DNA of 63,193 bases, counting the filler, from Globobulimina sp. (lineage: Eukaryota): NCBI GenBank assembly GCA_003354225.1. It is 27 parts of 27 records of this genome, joined end to end, with 100 filler letters (N's around TTAATTAATTAA, not from the genome) between each part and the next. Parts side by side here need not be neighbours in the genome. Positions count along the whole stretch, not along the records: positions 46,893 to 49,135 come from PIVH01007929.1; positions 49,236 to 51,478 come from PIVH01007930.1; positions 51,579 to 53,821 come from PIVH01007931.1; positions 53,922 to 56,164 come from PIVH01007932.1; positions 56,265 to 58,507 come from PIVH01007933.1; 22 more parts are not named here. One strand, written 5' to 3'. Made by a program: the position numbers and the translations under genes. The number at the start of each line of letters is the position of its first letter. Within the stretch, counting starts at the first letter, position 1. Below, piece by piece: positions 46,925-57,955 of this stretch. The notes beneath the pieces were generated by a model. The model was not told the DNA's origin. It saw only the letters and a list, made by a program, of their open reading frames with translations, and did not search any database.

Positions 46925-47447
46925 TTTTTCCCACAAGTCAACCTTTCTGTTGATCAGTATATGTTTATATGGTTTTTTTTCTTTTCTCTTTTACCTAATA
47001 CTTTCCCTGTAGATTGGTTAGAAATGATTTGGTTTTAGAATCCGTACATTGATTCAGAAAATTTAGAAAACTAAAACGTAATCCTTTCGAACCAATCTAC
47101 AGGGAAAGTAATTGTTTGTTTGTTTTCTTCGGATTCAAAAATATATTTGTTTTTCCCAAACACACTGCAGACACAACTGTCACACAAGTCTTGAGCTAAT
47201 TTTCATTGTGGTGTTCGGATTTCAACTTTTGTGGAGTTAATCGCTCACCACAATAAATTAGGTGTGACTACAGTGGTGTCTGAGTGTGAGCGATTAACTG
47301 CAAAAGCTGAAGTCCGAACATCACAATGAAAATTAGCTCAATAGTTGAGACTGCAGTGATTCAAAGAAAACAAACAATTATTAGCGGTAAAAGAGAAGAA
47401 AAAAAAACATATACACTGATCAACAGAAAGATTGACTTGTGGGAAAA
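46925..47447. mobile_element. Compound fold-back (MITE-like) element with nested inverted repeats
   Basis: Outer arms TTTTCCCACAAGTCAA(C)CTTTCTGTTGATCAGT and ACTGATCAACAGAAAG(A)TTGACTTGTGGGAAAA; inner hairpins at about 46999-47110 and 47191-47340; followed by a (TA)n tract. Confidence 0.8.
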
Positions 47448-47528
47448 TATATATATATATATATTAGTAAACTAGTCATCGATTGCTTGTGCAAAAATTA
47501 ATGAAAATATGAGCATCCAAATACCAAA

Positions 47529-48656
47529 TCATTTAAAATAGGCAAGAATGCCATATTTATCTTGAACAACAAAATTATTTTTTTGATACAATTTTAATTG
47601 TTCTACAAATCCATCATTTGGCTCAATTATTTCTCTCCTTTGTTGTGTATATTTATAAGCATTTTCAAAACTCATTTCCCTTCTTTTCATTAAATATGCG
47701 ATAATCATGCTCGACGACCTTGAAACTCCAACTTGCAAATTGGATTATTAATTTGTCCAGATTTCACAGCACAGATTTCGCAAAATAATAAATGAAATCT
47801 ATACAAATTATTTATATACACTACCTTGGCAATGCACCAATACACGATTTTTGATATAATCATTCTTGTTTTCATCCAAAGCTTGAGAAATGAATGCAAT
47901 TCCTTTTTCAAAATATCTTTGAATCTGTACCTCCTCACTATCATATATTGGACATTGTAAATATTTTATTTTTAAGTCTTGATCAACATCAAATAGTTGG
48001 CACTCAAACACCGGCGTCATATTAACAATATGCGTTATCTTCAAATCAACCAAAACTTGTTTTGTTGTCGCATCCGACATATTTCCTAAAAATAACTCAT
48101 CCTCTAATATTTGGCTGGGATATTTCAACATGTCCTCACAACACAAAAATGGAAACTTTTCATAAAAAATACTGAATGGAACATTTAATGCAATGATTGG
48201 TACATCGGTATCAAATATATCCTTTAGAACACTTTGTAAATATTTATAAAATTTGATATCATCTTTGTGATCAATGCTTTGTTTGTTTGAGACTGCATAA
48301 ATAATATCAAATGTGTTTAATATTAATGTTTTCTTGGCAGTCATCAGCTGATTTATTAATTTTTCATCACAATCATCATCATCCAATATGTCACAAGGAA
48401 TATTTATAAATTTGGTAACTTTTACTTTTGCAAATTCTGACTTGGATCTTGTATCAATAAATAGTTTGCCCCAACAAAATTGTATCTGATTGAATAGTGT
48501 ATAAATATCACAATAAGTAAAATCATCATCCTTTACATTACAGTCGTTATCACCTTTTTTCACCTCCTTCTCGTCCTCTTCATCCTCTTCATCCTCTAGT
48601 GGCAGGTCTGGCAGATGATGATATTCGTGATAATCATCACTTTGTTGTTCAGCCAT
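47529..48656 (-). CDS. Dual-specificity protein phosphatase with N-terminal rhodanese-like domain (MKP-like); intron 47824-47732
   Basis: LFIDTRSKSEF, YPSQILEDELFLGN, CPIYD; splicing gives the catalytic motif VLVHCQVGVSRSSSMIIAYLM...RREIIEPNDGFVEQL. Confidence 0.92.
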
Positions 48657-48674
48657 TGCACCTTCACTCAAAAT

Positions 48675-49135
48675 ATGGTCAAGCAACACATCAAAGCCAT
48701 CCTTGCTTTTGTTTTCGTACTAACAGTTCTAAATTGGATATGTATTTTGCATAGATTCAGCTATAACATTGTTGCTGCAGTTAACATCTCATTTGTCGAA
48801 TCGCATATAGATGATCTAAAGTTGCAGCGACATGGTATGGATCATTATAAAGCCAATGTAACCGTATTAATTGGAATTGGGGCAATGAAGACTGCTTCAA
48901 CCTATTTCTTGGATGCGTTATCTATATCAAATTACGGAATTAATGATATTAACATCACGGAGCTCAAGAAACAAAATAATGAAAACATATTTACACAACG
49001 TCTCACGGATAATACTCAAACAATATCATTCTTGCAGCCAAAGGAGAACCACATCAAAAATGTGGGCGAATTGAAATATTGGACATGGTGTTGGACATCA
49101 AAACACCCGCAATTATTTTCAATTGTTTCCAGCAT
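48675..49135 (+). CDS. Type II membrane (Golgi-type) sulfotransferase, N-terminal part
   Basis: N-terminal TM anchor; 5'-PSB-like loop LIGIGAMKTASTY; downstream ELKYW motif. Confidence 0.7.
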
Positions 49136-49235
49136 NNNNNNNNNNNNNNNNNNNNNNNNNNNNNNNNNNNNNNNNNNNNTTAATTAATTAANNNNNNNNN
49201 NNNNNNNNNNNNNNNNNNNNNNNNNNNNNNNNNNN

Positions 49236-51478
49236 TCCCATAATATCGATACATTGCCATATTCCTTTAAAATTAAAGTTGGAAGCACAAATTGTATTGA
49301 TTTTGCCAACAATTCATTTACAATCTCATCAGATATGCGATTCATTCAATATTGGAATGATTTCTTGGATGAAGCAAAATTATTTGACCAAGAAACAAAA
49401 ACAGATAACAATCGAACCGAAGGGGAAATTCGTTATGATGGTACTTTAAAAGTTCAATTAAAAGAGAATGAAACATTGCGTATCGGAGATGCTTCAATCT
49501 CATTCCAACGGACATTACGCATTCCTGATGACAACAAAGTATATCCCTTACCGCCGGGTTTAGGTAGATTTGAAATTGTAAAAGTTCAGAATCATATAAG
49601 TAGTCAAGGAATGCCTGCGAGTTGGAAGAAACGCAAAGGATGTGTCATACCAATGTTACGTTGACGTTTTCGTCGTTTTTATAATTATATTCGTCTGATT
49701 TGTGTTGTTTGGTTTACAGGTGGCAGAAGGAAGCAATGTGGATCAGTTTGAGCACATTACGACCATGTTCAGTGTATATAGAATAATTATAAATAATATA
49801 TATGATTTTAATAATTAATCGCAATTTGTTTGTTTTAGGTGCTTTGAAAGTAGGTATTGGTAAAATTAATGCAGTGACTGGTGAAGAATGGAAATCACGA
49901 TATTTATCAAAAACAATTGCCGATCAAAACTATGTTGCTTTGCCTAAACAGTTATGGTTAGATGGGATAAATTGTGGCAATGGTTATATTCGACAATTTG
50001 TTGCCATGCCGTTAGGAAAAGGATATTCCGTCGAACATCAAGTTAAGAAAATATCAAAGGAGAAAGAGAAGAATGTTGCTGGCGATGATATGGATGGAGA
50101 TATTGGTATGAATGTGGATGAAGAAAACGAGAATAAAAATGAAGAAATATTTGAAGATGTTGGCGGTATTCAATTCGAAGTTTATCCGAAGTTTGACGAA
50201 AATATTCATGTTTCAACGGATGAAAAAACACAATATCCATCGGCATTTGCGCAGTCTCGATATAACAAACAATTATTAGATTTTACAGCAAATGATCAAC
50301 ATTTACAGCAAGGTGATAATATTTATCTTTTCAGTCATTCTGTTCCACGATCAATGTATCGAGATGTTAATGTTTCAGATATTAAATTTTTAAACGAATC
50401 AATCCAATCAAACAATGCTCATATTATCCAATTTAAGCCAGTTAACACAGATAAATTAAATGAAATTTATGCAAAATGGGTTGAATATGCATTGCATTGT
50501 AAGCAAATTAATGATGATCAAGATGTCGAAATGGAAAATAAAAATGAAGAGGATGTCGATTTAAAATACTTAATTGTCAAAAAAGGATCGTCATTTATTG
50601 TTGTAATGTTGGAAAATGGAGTTGATGATATTGTTAAGAGCTATGATAAAGATAAATTGTATCGCTTTGTTGATGACAATGATGAAAGTAAATTAACTCC
50701 AATCGATCAGCAACAAAGTTTATCACAACAAAATATTAAATATGGTGATATTTTATTTTTTAAAACACCCACTATCACGATTTTTGTTCGCTTGCCAAAT
50801 ATGAAAACATTATCCATTGAAATTGAAGAAGAAGGTACAATTTTAGATTTAAAACAGAAAATTCAAGACATACAACGACTTGAACCATCCAGACAGCGAT
50901 TAATATTTAATGGTTTACCGTTAGAAGATAATAAAACATTGTTTGATTATGAAATTGTAGATGGCGCACAACTTGATTTAATTGCGCGTATGGACGCAAC
51001 TAAAAGAGGCGGAACCGGCGGGATGTTGATTTATGTCAAAACATTAACAGGTAAAACAATCGAATGTATGGTTGAACCAAATGAAACCATACAAGACATT
51101 AAAGCATTGATCCAAGACATGGAAGGAATTCCGCCTGAGCAGCAGCGGTTAATTTTTGCAGGGAAACAGTTGGAGGACGGGCGAAGTTTATCGGATTATA
51201 ATATTCAAAAAGAATCAACTTTGCATTTAGTGTTACGTTTAAGAGGCGGTTGTTTTGTTAATGGGACCAAAGTTTTATTAGCAGATAATAAACAAATTAA
51301 TATCGAAGAGGTTAATATTGGCGATTATGTGTTAACATATAATTTAAACAAAAATATGCATGCAGCCCATCGAGTGTTTGATATTTTAAAATATAACGTA
51401 CATCACTTAGTTAAGATTACATTGAAAAAAGGAAATGATTATTCAAGCATTGTTTGTACGCCATGCCATCCTTTTTAT
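49236..51478 (+). CDS. Multidomain protein: conserved uncharacterised domain - Ubl - ubiquitin(LRLRGG) - Hint/intein-like domain; introns 49655-49719 and 49767-49838; 3'-truncated, start not defined
   Basis: Splicing yields [12 protein letters not shown]...[10 protein letters not shown]...[13 protein letters not shown]...[17 protein letters not shown]...QNYV...QLWLDG...[18 protein letters not shown]...[10 protein letters not shown]. Ubl at about 50771-51000; ubiquitin at 51023-51250; Hint from Cys codon 51251 ([12 protein letters not shown]...[10 protein letters not shown]...VCTPCHPFY). Confidence 0.92.
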
Positions 51479-51611
51479 NNNNNNNNNNNNNNNNNNNNNN
51501 NNNNNNNNNNNNNNNNNNNNNNTTAATTAATTAANNNNNNNNNNNNNNNNNNNNNNNNNNNNNNNNNNNNNNNNNNNNTTTTTAGTCACAAAACACGCCG
51601 GTAGTGTAATC

Positions 51612-53321
51612 ATGGTCTCGTTTTTCATTTTATACTTGTTTATAGAAGCTATGGCTGCTCAAAGTTCAGTCTATGCTGCAGAATATATAACAAATAGTAT
51701 ATACATGTACAGCAAACAACATAATAATAATATTTAGATACTAGTGTATGTGTCTGGGGAATAACTGCGGAGTATCCGGAATATACCAAAATAAATGGTG
51801 AATATTTATATTCTGGAATACATAATAACTATCCATATTACACTATGGCAGTTGATGCAACATGCTCCCTTACTGGTGAATTGTTGTTATATTATCATGA
51901 TTTTGAATGGCGCATTGCAGAGGAATTAGATTATTATATTATTTATGAATATTGTCAAAGCTCTAATGACCCATTAACCACTGGTGGCTGTCAGAATAAA
52001 TGGGTGCATGCAAATATGCAAGTTACCTCTGGTTCATGTCCTGAATGGGATTGTGATGCGATCACAACGTCATGGCCAAATACTCACAATTGTGGAGCCA
52101 CGTTTGATACTCATATTGCACCCAATGTATATATGGCATCATCTAATGGCGTATACCTTTATTATAACCATCATCTTGGTGAGTATTTTTGTGGTGATTA
52201 TATAATTGGTTGTCCCGGGAATCCAGGTCCTATATGGGATTTGTCACTGGATCCTTGGATGGAATTATTGAAAGGGTCAAGTATTGATGTATTATTTTCT
52301 GGTATTGGAGTTGATAAGACATTGTATTGTATGGGTATGTATGCATGTATTCATTCAAAACCAGTAACAATTTAATTATATATTTGTAAGGATATACCAC
52401 GTCGCCAACCACTAACTATCCAACAACGATGTTGCCCACTACAGCAATACCAACAACACATTTTCCAACTACAATAAATCCGACTTCATCACCAAGCACT
52501 GCAATGCCGACTACTCTAACTCCGACTTTTTTAACTCCGACTTTTTTAACTCCGACTACTTTAACTCCGACAACTTTAACTCCAACAACTGTGATACCAA
52601 CGACTAACACACCTACCACATCAATACTAACTATTATCCCGACACTTGTTCCAACGATTACCAATGAGCCAAGTACACACATTCCAACAACAGATTTTCC
52701 AAATACAGTAACTCCGATCACTAATGAAGGTATCTTACTTATCTCCTATTTTAAATATATTTTTGTGAATATTTGTGTTAAAATTGTTATATTAATCTTT
52801 TAGAGGAAGTATCTGATGAAGTTTCAACAACTATGCCATTTGATACACGATCCCATTCACAAAACAACCAAGAGCTTTTTCTACAAAGTCGAACATTTGT
52901 TATTATAATTATTTGTATTGTACTGATATTAATTTCCTGCGCAATATCAGTATCTGTATTTATTCAAAAACAAAAACAAAATAAAAACACAGCAACCGGT
53001 ACCAAAAATATATTAAATAATATTGAGTTGGCTCCGCAGGTAAACAATGTTACTAACATTGATGATATGGATAATATTACAGCTACAGCTCCAGTTAGGA
53101 TACGTGCTAAATCATTGAGTGATGATAGTAACGCTATAAGTTCAGTGGATAATGGTAATTTGTCAGAAAATTGTAATGTTGAAAATAATGGTAACGATGG
53201 TAATGTTATATTTGCTGAAGGTAATGGTAACGACAGTGATGGTGAAGATTTGTACCAACCAAATAATGACATTACGCCGCAAGGAACCACTGCTGGTAAT
53301 GATCAACCAACACGTCAATGA
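51612..53321 (+). CDS. Multi-exon single-pass surface glycoprotein with Cys-rich ectodomain and Thr/Pro mucin-like stalk
   Basis: Signal-like N-terminus (MVSFFILYLFIEAMAAQ), Cys/Trp-rich exon, PTTLT/PTFLT repeats, TM helix FVIIIICIVLILISCAISVSVFI. GT-AG gaps near 51663-51738, 52335-52390 and 52730-52803. Confidence 0.75.
52505..52590 (+). repeat. 15-bp coding tandem repeat (CCGACTxxxTTAACT) encoding PT(T/F)LT
   Basis: About five consecutive units visible. Confidence 0.85.
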
Positions 53322-54311
53322 GGTGGTTAACGTTCATGTGTTTCCCATTGTACATGTTACGATAATGTTGAATGTTATGTATTTTTCAATTTATGTGGCT
53401 TCTTTTTTAATTATTTGTGTGAATCACTCAAACCTCACTAAACGATATATTCAAAAAGATAACCCCCACCCCTGGTCGATAAGTTGTATTCAATTATCAT
53501 TATGTGAGAAACTTTGCTACGAAATTAACTTTGCTATAGGGTTGTCTTGGGTTTGTTCTGTGTTTGTTATAACTTTGTCTTTTTCAATATTCATCAAAGT
53601 CCCAAATCAAAGTTAAATATAACCATAAAACATAAGAAACAACAAAGCACAAAGCACAAAAATGTGAACTTGATTCGCTTGTCAAAATATAAAACCTCTA
53701 TTGATTTAATTTCATTTCAATGTTTCAATTTCTTTTTGCAATTTACTACATTTTGATTGTAATTGGTCAAACTTTTCTTGCCAGTCATCATTTATAGCTT
53801 TCTTAATATCCGATAATTGTTNNNNNNNNNNNNNNNNNNNNNNNNNNNNNNNNNNNNNNNNNNNNTTAATTAATTAANNNNNNNNNNNNNNNNNNNNNNN
53901 NNNNNNNNNNNNNNNNNNNNNATTAAACTTACCGCCTGTAAAACTACATTGTAGTATGTTGGCAGAGGATGGAATAAAAGCTGCCATTCAGGACTTACAA
54001 CAGAAAAAACAAGCAAAACAATTACAAGCGAATAAGGACATCGAAACAGGAAAACAATCCACATCTTCTTCGTAAAACGTTCTTAATTACAGTGTTTTAA
54101 TTTTATTTTTGTCACTTTCATAATTGGTTTTAATACCCCTCGCCTCGTCAATCTGTTGCGCTGCGCAAGGATATTTTAGAAGCAATCTGTAATCGGTGAG
54201 TATGGAGCCGGACTTTGTTTTATTTAAAATGAAAGAGAATAAAATAATCAATCTTGGAAAATGCGCACTTGATTATGAAAACCCATCAAAAACCTTGTAT
54301 CACTGTCAACG

Positions 54312-55691
54312 ATGTCACAAAGAGATAATGTCACAGATTTACCAGCCAGAGAAAAGAAAAAACGCAAACGAAAAAGTGCGACAAACGAGAACATTGTACC
54401 GCAATCACAACAGAATAACAACAATCACAACAAAGAGCAAATACTTGAGGCAATGAGTGATTTTCTGCTATATTCATTGAAAAAAAATACAGAAATTGAT
54501 TCAGAAAATAAAGATAATGAAAATGAAAATAATGAAAATAAAAAAACAGAAACAAACACAGAGAAAGATAATAATAAATTGACACAGAAAATTCATGAAT
54601 TCCATACAAAACCAGACAACAAAGAGAATGATACAGTGAAAGCCTCGCAATATATAAAAAAACTGCGAAATGAAAACAATGAGAATGAGAGTAACGATTC
54701 CTCAGATAATGAGAGTGATAATTCGCCAGTCGATGATCCATTATTGACCTTATTACAAATTGAGGCCACAACGAAAGATCAACCAACAACCATTGAATAT
54801 GACGATAGAGTCTACGATAAAGTAATATTTCAAGATGAAGAATTTAAGCAATATCGAAAAAATAATATTGCAATCAAACAAAATAAATTCAAATTCCATC
54901 GACATAATACGGATAAAATTATTCATTACACTAAAAAAACACATATGAATAATAATATATATATCACACAACATAAAAATAATAATAACGAAGCATATCA
55001 TCAAGAGGAAGATCATAACTTTGCGCCAAAAAGCATTGGTAAAATGAAAGCAAATTATTTTATTGCATTAAAAATCACAGACATGCGAATAAAACGGAAA
55101 CTAAAACAGGCGCAAAATATATTGCTGAAGGAGTTAAATGATAAAATATATGAAAGAGCGTTGATTGATGAAAGTATGTTTCATATCACAATAAATACAA
55201 TTTACTGCGCGAGTGATGATGAAATATTTTATTTAATAAATCAATTTGAGGAGTTTGGAAAGAATATGTTTCAGAAACTAATCCCAACAAAGTTGAGTGT
55301 GCGATTACATGTGAACGGGATTTATCATTTTAGACAGAAAGTGATTTATGGAAATATTGAAGATGATGGGAATAAAAGAAAAATAGAAAACGTATATCAT
55401 GCGTTACATTCACAATTTCAAAATGCAGGGATTGTTAATCAACAACATCGGTTTGATCCGCATTTAACTATTATGAAATTATCAAAGATTAAAAATAATA
55501 AGAAATTAAGTATTCCAATACATATTATTGAGAAATTAAATAACGAATATAATAAATCATTGGATTTTGGATATCAATATGTCAATGGATTGGAATTATT
55601 ATCAATGGTTGATGAGAGAAATAATAATAACGAGGATGTTTGTGATTATTACCAATGTATTTCAACCATTGCACCTTATAAACTTAGATAA
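54312..55691 (+). CDS. AKAP7-like 2H phosphoesterase (2',5'-RNA ligase-like fold) with a low-complexity N-terminus
   Basis: ANYFIAL, first 2H motif FHITI, second 2H motif FDPHLTIMK, FGYQYVNGLELLSM. Confidence 0.85.
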   Translation: MSQRDNVTDLPAREKKKRKRKSATNENIVPQSQQNNNNHNKEQILEAMSDFLLYSLKKNTEIDSENKDNENENNENKKTETNTEKDNNKLTQKIHEFHTKPDNKENDTVKASQYIKKLRNENNENESNDSSDNESDNSPVDDPLLTLLQIEATTKDQPTTIEYDDRVYDKVIFQDEEFKQYRKNNIAIKQNKFKFHRHNTDKIIHYTKKTHMNNNIYITQHKNNNNEAYHQEEDHNFAPKSIGKMKANYFIALKITDMRIKRKLKQAQNILLKELNDKIYERALIDESMFHITINTIYCASDDEIFYLINQFEEFGKNMFQKLIPTKLSVRLHVNGIYHFRQKVIYGNIEDDGNKRKIENVYHALHSQFQNAGIVNQQHRFDPHLTIMKLSKIKNNKKLSIPIHIIEKLNNEYNKSLDFGYQYVNGLELLSMVDERNNNNEDVCDYYQCISTIAPYKLR

Positions 55692-55837
55692 TTATTTTAT
55701 TACATTGTCCAATGTTCTTTAATGTTGTTGTGTGTGTCTGTTATGTGTAATGTGTAAGAAAGCATCTAGACATTATCGCAATAGGGTTTTGTTGCGCACT
55801 GTTATCTTCCAAAAGCTTCGGCAGCCTTTAACAAAAA

Positions 55838-56164
55838 ATGAACCATGCTGCCAGGAAAAGACGGCGGTCACAATTATTAGTAAGTGGATACGTTAGAAGG
55901 TACAAGTCTCAATACATCCATACGGGTGTTATTAATGTTATTCATGCATTCCATTATACAATTTTATTGGAATTATATTCTATTGGTAGCAACAGCTTAG
56001 GACAACAAGGAGACGGAGGAAATGAAGATATTAAAAAAATAACAAAAATAAAAACATTTAAAAAACAAATAAAAAATATTGTTACTTGTGGTGGTAGTTT
56101 TGGTTGTGTAGCAGCATATATTTTATTTGATGATGAAACATATGAATGTTGTGGTTATAATAAA
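55838..56164 (+). CDS. RCC1-repeat protein, N-terminal fragment
   Basis: LYSIGSNSLGQQGDG...IKNIVTCG...CCGYN. Confidence 0.75.
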
Positions 56165-56264
56165 NNNNNNNNNNNNNNNNNNNNNNNNNNNNNNNNNNNN
56201 NNNNNNNNTTAATTAATTAANNNNNNNNNNNNNNNNNNNNNNNNNNNNNNNNNNNNNNNNNNNN

Positions 56265-57211
56265 TGGATTCCTTTGAATCATTCAAAAATCCCAATTCCA
56301 GCCGAAAATTACCATTTTCATTGTTGACATTACGTCATATTTATTTTTCTTTTTTGTGCCATTTAATTTTGCAACATTTACAGTTTGAAAGTTTTGCAGA
56401 TAATAAAAATAACTCAAATAACTGCAGTAATAATGAGAATGATGAAGATGAGCACGAAGAAGATATTGATATGGAAGAAGAAGAAGAGAAAGCAATGACG
56501 ATCGATGATGACAAATTATATGGCAATACGCCGCAATATGAGAATAGCAATGATGCATTATATGATTCTTCAGCAATATCAAACGATGTGATTGCAACCA
56601 CAATAACCCGTTGCATGCGATATCATCGTCCATTTGATATGAATTACAAAGTAATATTACCAAATACCAATGGCAGAGACCTAAAACACATAAAAATAAG
56701 ATATATTTCCATGGAGCATTGTGCATTGATTGTTGTCAATGATAAACAATTATTAAATTGCAATTTGTCATCGCCAAAAGTCAAAATTACATTAAATAAT
56801 TATATGATTCAAGGGGGAGATGTCAAGAATTTATCCGGGCGGCACAGTTTAATTAAGTTATTATGTCAAAATATTGTGCGTAGAGCAAAAGATCCATTGG
56901 AAACTACCTCGCCAGCATTGGGCTTAATGAATTCGAAAATATTCTCATTGAACGTATTGCTTATTTTGTTTAGTTTTTTGGATTGGAGAGATTTATTACA
57001 TTTTGGTTATTGCTCACAGTTAGCATATAATATTAGTAAAGATGCCGGGATTTGGAAGTTAATGTATCAGAGAGAATTTGCTGTGGGGAATGCATCGAAT
57101 GCACTGTCTGTCTCAAACTGGAAAAATAAATTTCTTACACAATTCATTCAACAAAAAAGTGGAACAGATCGAGCGACACAAGACTTGATACAAAGACTGC
57201 TCGTACAGTGA
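56265..57211 (+). CDS. F-box protein, C-terminal part
   Basis: LNVLLILFSFLDWRDLLHFGYCSQLAYNISKDAGIWKLMYQREF...NWKNKF. Confidence 0.75.
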
Positions 57212-57231
57212 GGAACTAATTACTTCAAATG

Positions 57232-57828
57232 TTAGCAATACCACAGTTCAATTCTCCCGATAGAACTACTCGCACCTTCACCTATAGAACAATGCTTTTC
57301 TTTTGTATGAGGAATGGAAATGCAATTTGGCGAAGTTGTGACTCGAACCAATGTGATCTCTTTACCAAAAATATGTGTTTTATATGGCGCAGATATTCCA
57401 TTTGGAGTTCGATGATCCTGTCTATGGCCAATAATACCAACCGCTTCATTTTCATAGATTGGTATATTACAATTAATGATTTCCTCGTTAGATTCGCTTA
57501 AATGAAACACAGATATCCATTTACTGTCGCTATACGATGGGAATTGTTGTCTTTGAATATTCTCATTGCTTACCGTAAATTTTACAACCTGGACAGATTG
57601 TGGTCGTTTCAAATATGAATCATCCACTTTTAATGCTGTTATTGTAAAATTACATGGCGCAAAAAATCCATAACCACAAACATCACCTCGGTAATCACCA
57701 TCAACAGGACAATGTTCATCAAGTTTCATCTGTATTTCTTTGCAATATTCCATTATAATCACTGCAAATGGCTTTAATAAACAAGTATATTCAACAATTA
57801 CAACGACCATTTTATCCCATTTGTCCAT
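57232..57828 (-). CDS. Hypothetical protein (about 200 aa, beta-rich)
   Basis: Complete ORF, convergent with the F-box gene; no recognised motif. Confidence 0.55.
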   Translation of the reverse strand: MDKWDKMVVVIVEYTCLLKPFAVIIMEYCKEIQMKLDEHCPVDGDYRGDVCGYGFFAPCNFTITALKVDDSYLKRPQSVQVVKFTVSNENIQRQQFPSYSDSKWISVFHLSESNEEIINCNIPIYENEAVGIIGHRQDHRTPNGISAPYKTHIFGKEITLVRVTTSPNCISIPHTKEKHCSIGEGASSSIGRIELWYC

Positions 57829-57955
57829 TTTTGCGCTTGAGTTCAGTAAAACTTTCACTAATTTTAGTTTGAAATAATTAAATAAATTCATTCAACAAAA
57901 AAGTGACACAAGATTTAATTTAAATACATGCAAAGACAGCTTGTGCAATGAGGAG

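Noticed and set aside
50771-51250. Ordinary polyubiquitin or ubiquitin-ribosomal protein fusion
   Set aside because: The upstream unit is a divergent Ubl, the ubiquitin has 14 substitutions versus human Ub, and the tail is a Hint domain rather than eL40, eS31 or another Ub.
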